In this document: positions 56,430 to 64,000 of the stretch, piece by piece | Layout of the letters: every line of letters begins with the position of its first letter | Numbering within the stretch: position 1 is the first letter of the stretch | Source: Candidatus Hadarchaeota archaeon | GTDB lineage: Archaea; Hadarchaeota; Hadarchaeia; Hadarchaeales; JAGGTB01 | Reading direction: 5' to 3' | Assembly: GCA_964384105.1 (NCBI GenBank) | Contig: CAYLJV010000002.1 | Span: 128,001-192,000, forward strand | Length of the DNA stretch: 64,000 bases | Position numbers and translations under genes: made by a program | The notes under the pieces: model-generated | Databases searched by the model: none | Told to the model about the DNA's origin: nothing | Seen by the model: the letters and a program-made list of their open reading frames with translations, nothing else

Positions 56430-57359
56430 CTACATCAGAACAATTGAAACCACGAAAACAGCATATATAACCAATAAAATAACGGCTTCTTTCTTAGTTA
56501 TCGACCAACCTCGTCTCAGCAATGCCAACAGTACAATGACCGATAAAAATAAAGCTACTATAGACGAATCGACCACAATGCCCACTTCAGTACTTCCTCT
56601 GAAAGAAAAAGGAATCCCAATGGCGGCTAAAATATCGAATATATTGCTACCAAGGGCGTTTGAAACTGCTAACGAACCCATACCTTTCCTAGCCGCTTGA
56701 AGAGATGTAAAAAAGTCTGGCACGGAAGTTCCCGCAGCTATAACTATCAGACTTATCGCCGCCTCGGATATACCCATCCTAGCGGAAAACTCGGCAGTTG
56801 AAGTAACAAGATATCTAGCCGCAATTGCTATCGCCAAAATGGAGACTGATATGTAGAGAACTGCTTTAGGAAAAGACATTTGGGAAAAAGACTCTTTAGG
56901 CACCAGTTTTCCTTTCTTTGCATCGTGAAATAACCAGAACATGTAGAAAATAAATGTTAGGACCCAAAAAATAGCCTCGTATCTAGAAAGAACACCATCA
57001 TAAACGCTAACGAATGCAACAAATACTGTAAAAAGATAAAAAAGTCCATCTCTGTAAAAGACTCTCTTTTCGATAACATACTTACCGAAAAGTCCTACAC
57101 CACCGATAATCACAGTGACATTGAATATAGCAGAACCCACAATAGTTCCCAACCCAATAGTAGGATATCCTTCTACAACAGAAAAGACAGAGGACCCAAA
57201 TTCCGGCGCACTGCTACCCATTGCGGCGATTGAAGCTCCTAAAACCGCTTCCGAGATGCCAAATTTTTGAGAGATTGCACCTAAACCTTCTACCAGATAA
57301 TTAGAAGCCCTTTCAAAGACAATAAAACATATCAGGATCACTAACAGGGGAAACCACAT
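56430..57359 (-). CDS. Ca2+/Na+ antiporter (YrbG/CaCA family)
   Basis: Alpha repeats GSSAPE...GSAIFN and GTSVPD...GSNIFD. Confidence 0.93.
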   Translation of the reverse strand: MWFPLLVILICFIVFERASNYLVEGLGAISQKFGISEAVLGASIAAMGSSAPEFGSSVFSVVEGYPTIGLGTIVGSAIFNVTVIIGGVGLFGKYVIEKRVFYRDGLFYLFTVFVAFVSVYDGVLSRYEAIFWVLTFIFYMFWLFHDAKKGKLVPKESFSQMSFPKAVLYISVSILAIAIAARYLVTSTAEFSARMGISEAAISLIVIAAGTSVPDFFTSLQAARKGMGSLAVSNALGSNIFDILAAIGIPFSFRGSTEVGIVVDSSIVALFLSVIVLLALLRRGWSITKKEAVILLVIYAVFVVSIVLM

Positions 57360-57431
57360 TTCAACTCCCTAAATACATAACACTTGGGGCTTTAATACAA
57401 GCTTTTGTAAATCTGAAAAAGGAAAGCTAAC

Positions 57432-57983
57432 ATGGATAGATACATAATAAGAGGATTTGTAGATGGCCTTCTTTCTACTCTAGGAGTAGTGATAGGGGCT
57501 AGCACAGCTCTAGGTACAGGAAGTGAACTGGAGGCGAGTAGAATAATAATCGCCGCAGGTATAGGTGGGGGCGTTGCAAACGGTATATCTAATATATTAG
57601 GTGCTTTTATGGGGGAGAAAGTAGCAGCGCACAAAAGATTTGAAAAAATAGAAAAAGCTATGCTAAAAAAAGAAGCTTTACGAGGAACTAAAGTCGACGA
57701 AAAAACCAAAAATAGAGTAATATCAAGTGGGATCGCGGATGGACTAGCAACGATAGGAGGGTCTATAATACCCGTTTTACCATTTATACTCATTCCTGTT
57801 TTACTCTTTTCAGCATTTACGGCCCTTTATATAGCAATAAGCGCTTCAATTTTGATATTCTTTGTTTTAGGAATCTACATAGGCAAAATATCAAAGGAAA
57901 ACATTATACTCTCCGGAGCAAAAATGGCCGCTTTTGGAGGGGTCACAGCACTAATAGCCCATCTAATAAGGTCGGTCCTTTAA
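57432..57983 (+). CDS. VIT1/CCC1-family membrane protein
   Basis: RYIIRGFVDGLLSTLG, GAFMGE, PVLPF. Confidence 0.87.
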   Translation: MDRYIIRGFVDGLLSTLGVVIGASTALGTGSELEASRIIIAAGIGGGVANGISNILGAFMGEKVAAHKRFEKIEKAMLKKEALRGTKVDEKTKNRVISSGIADGLATIGGSIIPVLPFILIPVLLFSAFTALYIAISASILIFFVLGIYIGKISKENIILSGAKMAAFGGVTALIAHLIRSVL

Positions 57984-58237
57984 CGATCTACTTCCCACAA
58001 AGTACCTTTCTCTGGAATCTCGATTTTGAGCACCCTATGGTAAGGTATTCTGACTGTTCCCTCATCCCGTTCAACTTCTATAAAACCGCTGCCCAAATCT
58101 CTAATATCGCTTCCAATAATCGTAAGTCTATTTCTAGGTGCTCCCCGATGAATAATTACAATTCTGGCTTTCTTTAACTCAAAATCTGGATGCCACTTTA
58201 ACTTATTAAGAAAATCTCTAGCCCCAACTTCAGTCAT
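57980..58237 (-). CDS. UPF0248/MJ1316-domain protein
   Basis: LNKLKWHP, IHRGAP, IPYHRV. Confidence 0.88.
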   Translation of the reverse strand: MTEVGARDFLNKLKWHPDFELKKARIVIIHRGAPRNRLTIIGSDIRDLGSGFIEVERDEGTVRIPYHRVLKIEIPEKGTLWEVDR

Positions 58238-58878
58238 ACACCAAGAATCCTCATAGCCATCCTAATATACTCACCTGCATTTTTCTTTGCAATAGGACCG
58301 TGGCCCGGATAAAGCTTCTCAATATCTAAATTTTCTAATCTCTTCAAAGTCTCTCTCATTTCACTAGTATCCGAAGAAGGAAGATCCGTACGTCCAACTC
58401 CACCCTTGAAAACGACATCACCGGAAAAGAGAAGCTTTTCTTTCTTTTCATAAAGAGAAATACTTCCTTTTGTATGACCTGGGGTTGATAGAATAATTAA
58501 TTTTCTTTCTCCCAAATCTATTTCGTCCCCTTCCCCCAAGGTTCGGGAAACACTCATTGGCTCCAACTCTGAACCGAACATAGAAGAGAGAGTAAGTTCT
58601 CTATCGGCGGTTCTAAGGGCCTCAGCCGCGGGAGCAGAGGCCAATAAATCGCATCCAGAATTTTCTATAAATTCCCTATTTCCGCCAGTATGATCATAAT
58701 GACAGTGCGTGTTGACAAGTAAATCGAGTTCTGCCGGTTCAAATCCAAACTTTCTTAACTTTCTAAAGACCGATCCAGAGTTTGAACCTGTGCCTGAATC
58801 AATCAGCATGTTAATATCAGATTGAATAAGAAAAATATTAGAATCATAACCCCTACCTTCAATCCAATTAATTTTCAA
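58234..58878 (-). CDS. Glyoxalase II-like MBL-fold hydrolase
   Basis: THCHYDH, TPGHT, SGD, PGHG. Confidence 0.9.
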   Translation of the reverse strand: MKINWIEGRGYDSNIFLIQSDINMLIDSGTGSNSGSVFRKLRKFGFEPAELDLLVNTHCHYDHTGGNREFIENSGCDLLASAPAAEALRTADRELTLSSMFGSELEPMSVSRTLGEGDEIDLGERKLIILSTPGHTKGSISLYEKKEKLLFSGDVVFKGGVGRTDLPSSDTSEMRETLKRLENLDIEKLYPGHGPIAKKNAGEYIRMAMRILGV

Positions 58879-58882
58879 AAAA

Positions 58883-59974
58883 TCACCATATCACGTTTTT
58901 TAATCCTTTTTCTTTAGCCATTTTAATAGCTTGGTTCCATTCTTCGCCTGAAATCCTTCTAGAAATCTCTGGATATCTCCATGCCTTTGCAACTGGCCTA
59001 TATTGGTCCATGAGGTTTATCCTAACTTTCGAACTCAAATTCTCCTTGATCCAATCAAGTATTTTCTTAGTACAGCAATCCAGATGACCCGGTAATACCA
59101 GATGTCTTATTATCAACTCGGCATCTTCAAAAGCGAGTCTATGATTTCTCGTCACTGCTTCCCAGTAGTTAGGAACCTTGGAGTATTTAATAGCACATTC
59201 ATTATTCCCATACTTAAAATCTGTCAAGTAGATATCCTGAGTACCCGAAAGTAACTTCATTCCTTCTTTAGAAAAGTACATATTAGAATTCCACACGCTA
59301 GGTATATTTGAATTGCATTTTTTCAAAGCCCGAAGGATATTATGCAAATTCGGAGTCGGATCACCACCCACCCAATTAACGTTACGAGCTCCACCTTTCG
59401 CCTTTTCTTCAATATAAGATAAAATCCTTTCCGGTGTAAACTCAACTCCTCGCTTGGGACTTTGAGATATATCCCAATTTTGGCAATATTGGCATTTGAA
59501 AGTACATCCACTGAAAAATATGGTATAAGAAGGGACCAGTTCTGGTTCTTCCCCACGATGAATAAAATCTGAAGCGATTTTAGAAGTTTTACCAACTCCA
59601 CAAAATCCTATTTCCCCCTTCTCAAAGCGGTCTATCCCACATAGGTGCTCACAAAAATGGCACGAGGATAAAATTCTATCTGCTAATTCTATTTTTAGAT
59701 CCAAAAGAGAGCTCTCAGTTTTTTCTATCTCTTCTAATCTAACATTCCCATTATCTATCTCTTTAACCAATTTCCTAAATCTTCCCATCGAAGAATCATG
59801 GACTTCCCAAAGCTCACTTTCTTTGGAACAGAAATCCTCATCAACAGGAACCTTCTTGCAGATTCTAAACTTAGCAGGGAGATTATCTTTGAGAACTGAA
59901 AAATATCTTTCAAGAGAATCCACAACTTTATCCTCCCCAAAGAATCCTGATAAGCCATTCAAAACATACACCAT
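58883..59974 (-). CDS. PflX-like radical SAM protein
   Basis: CHFCEHLC, HRGEE, CTFKCQYCQNWDIS, VGGDPTP, RHLVLPGH. Confidence 0.9.
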   Translation of the reverse strand: MVYVLNGLSGFFGEDKVVDSLERYFSVLKDNLPAKFRICKKVPVDEDFCSKESELWEVHDSSMGRFRKLVKEIDNGNVRLEEIEKTESSLLDLKIELADRILSSCHFCEHLCGIDRFEKGEIGFCGVGKTSKIASDFIHRGEEPELVPSYTIFFSGCTFKCQYCQNWDISQSPKRGVEFTPERILSYIEEKAKGGARNVNWVGGDPTPNLHNILRALKKCNSNIPSVWNSNMYFSKEGMKLLSGTQDIYLTDFKYGNNECAIKYSKVPNYWEAVTRNHRLAFEDAELIIRHLVLPGHLDCCTKKILDWIKENLSSKVRINLMDQYRPVAKAWRYPEISRRISGEEWNQAIKMAKEKGLKNVIW

Positions 59975-60095
59975 AGATTTGGTTTAACTTTGGAACTAAA
60001 AATTATTAATAGATCGATATGATTATTCTGACAAATAAATATGAAAGTTCAGAATTTCAGTAATTAATTTTAATAGTTGATTTCAAAACTTCCAT

Positions 60096-60986
60096 ATGGA
60101 TAAAATGATAGTAATCGGTGGTTCTGCATCCAAAAATCTTGCAAAAAATATATCAAAAGAATTAGAATGCGAATTCACCTCAATAGAAAAAGAGGTATTT
60201 CCAGACGGAGAGATATACGTCCGAATCCCAGAAGAAATAGAAGGAAAAGAAGTGATAATAACTCAGTCGACCTACAATCCACCCAATAGAAACTACATGG
60301 AACTCTTCCTTCTGCTAGATGCCGCTAAGGACTTAGGGGCCGAAAAGGTTTCTGCAGTTATACCCTACCTAGCTTATTCCCGCCAAAATGAACGTTTCGA
60401 ACCGGGCGAAGCCGTAAGCTTGAAAACGATCATAAAACTAATAGAAGCTTCCGGTGCAGATGAAGTCTATCTAATAGACCTACATTCACATAAGACCGAA
60501 AACACTCCTGACGAATTCACAGTAAAAGCTCATAATCTGACAGCAGCACCGCTTCTGGCCCGACAGATATATGAAAACTACGAACTCGAAAATCCAATTT
60601 TCATGGGACCGGACAGCGGCGCGGAAGCTTGGGCAAAAGAAGCTGGGAAGGCAACTAAATGCGACTGGGATTACATGATAAAGAAAAGAATGGGGCCAAA
60701 AGAAGTTAAGATCACGCCCAGAGAACTAAACGTAAACGGAAGAGACGTAATACTAGTAGATGACATAATTAGCACAGGGGGGACCATGGTAGAATCAATA
60801 CAAATTCTAAAAGAAAACGGTGCAAAAGACGTTTACGCTACCTGCACCCATCCCGTCCTTTCCGAAAATGCCCTAGAACGGATAAGAAAAGCTGGAGCAA
60901 AGGAAGTAATATCAACTGATACAATAGATAGTGAAGTTAGTAAAGTTTCAGTAGCTCCAGTGATAGCAGAAGCAATCAAACAGTGA
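60096..60986 (+). CDS. prs: Ribose-phosphate pyrophosphokinase
   Basis: FPDGE, PYLAYSRQ, DLH, VDDIISTGGT. Confidence 0.96.
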   Translation: MDKMIVIGGSASKNLAKNISKELECEFTSIEKEVFPDGEIYVRIPEEIEGKEVIITQSTYNPPNRNYMELFLLLDAAKDLGAEKVSAVIPYLAYSRQNERFEPGEAVSLKTIIKLIEASGADEVYLIDLHSHKTENTPDEFTVKAHNLTAAPLLARQIYENYELENPIFMGPDSGAEAWAKEAGKATKCDWDYMIKKRMGPKEVKITPRELNVNGRDVILVDDIISTGGTMVESIQILKENGAKDVYATCTHPVLSENALERIRKAGAKEVISTDTIDSEVSKVSVAPVIAEAIKQ

Positions 60987-60991
60987 AATAA

Positions 60992-62026
60992 ATGCAAAGA
61001 TTAGCGTTCTTATTATCGGGAGAACATGATACCTTCCCCCCCTCAGAAGTAATTGCTTCAATAGAAGCCGAAGAATTCGACTATGAAATTTTAGAAGAAC
61101 TAGACCAACTTTTAATTATCAAAACCGATGCAGATGTTTCTACCCTAGCAAGAAGGCTCGGGATGTGTCACTGGATAGGAGAGCACTTCTGTACAGTAAA
61201 TAAAGAGAATCTCATAGAAGCAATTGGCAGCTCAGATTTAATCGACTTTCTCCCCCAGTCAAAAAGCATTGCTCTAAGAGTTAAAAAAATAAAAAAATAT
61301 TTTCCAGATACTGATGCACAAAAACTAACAGAAGAAATAGCAGACCGAATTCTCGAAGAATTTGACTACAAGATAGATTTAGAACATCCAAAAAATGAGA
61401 TCTTTATAGTTCTTACCAACGGAAAATGCGTTGTGAATATAGTAAAGGAGAGAATAAATCGCACTGCTTTTCTAAATAGAAAACCACCCAAAAGAGCAGC
61501 TGTGCATCCCACGACGATGCAACCAAACTTAGCTAGAGCATTGGTAAACTTAGCAAGAACACCCCAGGATGGAACATTCCTCGACCCATTCTGTGGAGTC
61601 GGAGGTATAATGATCGAAGCAGGAATGATAGGTGCAACACTCACAGGAGGCGATATAAACAAAAATCTAATAGAAGGAGCTAGAAAAAATCTTGAAGAAT
61701 TTGGAATTAAAAAATTCAATCTAATAAAAAGCGATTTTCGAAAATTAGAAATAAGTAAGAAGTTTGATGCAATAGCAACCGATCCACCCTACGGCCGGCA
61801 AGCTAGTACAGGCGGATCAGACCTTAAAGAACTTTACAAAGACATAATACCTCTTATGGTAAATGCTCTCAAAAGAAAGAGATATCTCTGTATAACCTCA
61901 CCCGCAGAAATAAATTTGGAAGAATTCGTCGAGAATCAACCATTAAAGCTCAAAGAAATACATAACCAGAGAGTACATAGAAGCCTAGCTCGTAAAATAT
62001 ATGTTTTCCAGAGGGAGAAGGAATGA
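60992..62026 (+). CDS. THUMP-domain tRNA (guanine-N2) methyltransferase (Trm11/TrmG10)
   Basis: LSGEH, DPFCGVGG, TDPPYG, VHRSLAR. Confidence 0.9.
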   Translation: MQRLAFLLSGEHDTFPPSEVIASIEAEEFDYEILEELDQLLIIKTDADVSTLARRLGMCHWIGEHFCTVNKENLIEAIGSSDLIDFLPQSKSIALRVKKIKKYFPDTDAQKLTEEIADRILEEFDYKIDLEHPKNEIFIVLTNGKCVVNIVKERINRTAFLNRKPPKRAAVHPTTMQPNLARALVNLARTPQDGTFLDPFCGVGGIMIEAGMIGATLTGGDINKNLIEGARKNLEEFGIKKFNLIKSDFRKLEISKKFDAIATDPPYGRQASTGGSDLKELYKDIIPLMVNALKRKRYLCITSPAEINLEEFVENQPLKLKEIHNQRVHRSLARKIYVFQREKE

Positions 62027-62931
62027 AAATTATATTTTTAGGAACAGGTGGAAGTATGCCCACCAAAGAAAGAGGACTAACCTCTATCGCAATCCGACTC
62101 AATGGAAAGGTACTTCTTTTTGACGCAGGAGAAGGCACCCAACGTCAGATGACTAGAACCAAAATTAGTCCAATGAAAATAGATAATATTTTCATAACTC
62201 ACTTTCACGGAGACCATTTTTTGGGCATACCTGGCCTGGTTCAAACGATGTCACTAATGGATCGAGAAAGAGACCTCAAAATCTATGGACCAGTAGGGAC
62301 AGAGGATAAGATTTCGATGCTTCTCCAAATACCTATCTACGATTTGAAATTCGACGTAAAGATAAAAGACCTAGAACCTAGAGAGAAGCTAAAAAAAGAA
62401 GGTTTTTCCATAGAAACTGCTGAATTGGATCACTCTATCCCCGGACTTGCCTACGCCTTGATAGAAGATGAGAGAGCTGGAAAATTTTATCCAGAAAAAG
62501 CGAAGGAACTCGGAATAGAACCGGGACCGAAATACTCTCGTCTCCAGAACGGAGAGAAAGTAAAGCTATCAGATGACCGAGTAATAAAACCTCAACAAGT
62601 AATGGGACCTCCAAGACCGGGAAGAAAAGTAGTTTATGCAGATGATACTCGTCCCTCGAAGAAAATCACAAAATTAGCGAAGAATGCCGACGTATTAATC
62701 CATGACGGGACATTCGCAGCCGATCTAAAAAAAGAGGCCAAAATAGGTGGACATTCGACAGTAGAGGATGCAGCAAAAATAGCAAAGAAAGCCAAAGCAG
62801 AGAAGTTAATATTAACTCATATTAGTCCACGATACTCAGAAGTATCCGAGTTAGAAAAACAAGCGCAAGAAATTTTTCCGAAAACTATCTTCGCTGAAGA
62901 TTTCTTGGAAGTTAATGTAGATTTAAAATAA
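62023..62931 (+). CDS. rnz: Ribonuclease Z
   Basis: LGTGG, DAGEGTQ, THFHGDH, exosite GIEPGP, LTHISPRY. Confidence 0.96.
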   Translation: MKIIFLGTGGSMPTKERGLTSIAIRLNGKVLLFDAGEGTQRQMTRTKISPMKIDNIFITHFHGDHFLGIPGLVQTMSLMDRERDLKIYGPVGTEDKISMLLQIPIYDLKFDVKIKDLEPREKLKKEGFSIETAELDHSIPGLAYALIEDERAGKFYPEKAKELGIEPGPKYSRLQNGEKVKLSDDRVIKPQQVMGPPRPGRKVVYADDTRPSKKITKLAKNADVLIHDGTFAADLKKEAKIGGHSTVEDAAKIAKKAKAEKLILTHISPRYSEVSELEKQAQEIFPKTIFAEDFLEVNVDLK

Positions 62932-63114
62932 TAGGACTCAGAAAGAGAGGTAAAATCATTACGAATCATCTAACCTCCTTTTCATCACCACCCTTCCTAT
63001 TAAGCCGTTTAGAAATTAATAATTCTTCAAACTAATGTATCAGTCGAAGAGAAAAATTAGTCTGAAAAAAAATAAAATTATAAGACTAATAGCTTTCCAT
63101 AGAAATTTGGTAAA

Positions 63115-64000
63115 ATGTCAAGCAAAAACTTACCAATCCTGGTAGATCTCCATAAAAACGTATTTTTCGACGAAGAAAAAGGAGAGGTTGCCATATTAGA
63201 TAGGAGAAAAATCCCGCAAGAAATTAGTGAATATCGGTGTAAAAATTATAACGAAGTCGCAAGAGCTATAGAGAAAATGGTCACCCAAAGTCTCGGTGTT
63301 TCACCTGCAGCCGGATATGGAATGGCAATTGCTGCATATGAAGCCCGCGACAAAAGAAAAGAAAAGAAAAAAGAAATAATTTCAAATGCGGCAAAAAGAA
63401 TAAAGAATACTCGACCTACTCAAACCTCTCTACATTATCTAACAAATGAAATTTTATCTATTGCCGAAGAAACTATAGAAAATAATGGACCGCTCTTCGA
63501 CAAAATATTAGAGAAGGCTTATAACTGGACAGAACGTATAATGGAAACTTCTAGAACTCTGGGAAAATACGCTTCACAAATCATAGAAGACGGAGATACA
63601 ATACTGACACATTGCTATGGAGGACCGGCTATCTATTTTATGGGGGACTATGCCCGAAAGGAAAATAAAGTTATCAACTATTTTGCAACAGAAACGAGAC
63701 CATATCTTCAAGGGGCCCGGCTAACTTCTTTCGCGCTAAAGCAAGGGGGATTCGATGTAACCATAATAACGGATGGCATGCCAGCTTACTGCCTTCAAAA
63801 TGGCCTTATCGATAAGTTCATAACAGGAGCAGATAGAATCTCGATGGATGGTGGAGTAGCAAATAAAATAGGAACTTATCAGATCGCAATAGCATCAGAT
63901 AGACACAAAGTACCATTCTACGCTATCTCATATACCGGACCAGACCAGGAAACTTCAACTTATAAAGACATAGAAATAGAAGAAAGAGATCCAGAAGAGA
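63115..64000 (+). CDS. MtnA/eIF2B-like sugar-phosphate isomerase, divergent (runs off window; not in ORF track)
   Basis: Manual translation: ILDRRKIP, TRPT, ILTHC, ETRPYLQGARLT, GADRI, NKIGTY, IEIEERD. Confidence 0.88.
   Translation, partial: MSSKNLPILVDLHKNVFFDEEKGEVAILDRRKIPQEISEYRCKNYNEVARAIEKMVTQSLGVSPAAGYGMAIAAYEARDKRKEKKKEIISNAAKRIKNTRPTQTSLHYLTNEILSIAEETIENNGPLFDKILEKAYNWTERIMETSRTLGKYASQIIEDGDTILTHCYGGPAIYFMGDYARKENKVINYFATETRPYLQGARLTSFALKQGGFDVTIITDGMPAYCLQNGLIDKFITGADRISMDGGVANKIGTYQIAIASDRHKVPFYAISYTGPDQETSTYKDIEIEERDPEE

Noticed and set aside
62940-63010. SD-like motifs (GGTGGTG, AGGAGGT) and short ORFs on the minus strand after rnz
   Set aside because: Only an 8-codon ORF or a frame running antisense into rnz; no supporting evidence

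Overview
Archaeal chromosomal segment. Gene content, the conserved ftsZ-secE-spt5-rpl11-rpl1-rplP0-rpl12-alaS order and the acidic/Lys-rich proteins suggest a euryarchaeal-type lineage, possibly Hadarchaeota/MSBL1-like (inference only). Mostly housekeeping: translation, RNA processing, proteasome, ether-lipid synthesis (egsA, carS, tes), NAD salvage and three tRNAs (Val-GAC, Ala-GGC, Gly-GCC). Unusual parts: (i) a type IV pilus/secretion-like system apparently split between an ATPase + TadC-like operon (20.6-25.6 kb) and a six-gene prepilin-like cluster head-to-head with a presenilin-type protease (49.9-55.5 kb); (ii) a 2.4-kb integrative element in tRNA-Gly, with 49-bp att repeats and an integrase broken by a 25-bp tandem duplication; (iii) a coupled operon of an APC permease, an exported GATase-like hydrolase and a membrane protein; (iv) a 74-aa internally deleted ThiC; (v) an NMNAT-PncC fusion; (vi) several genes that appear to start at ATT after a correctly spaced Shine-Dalgarno, including a 146-aa gene missing from the ORF track. 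All product calls rest on motif recognition by eye; no database search was run.
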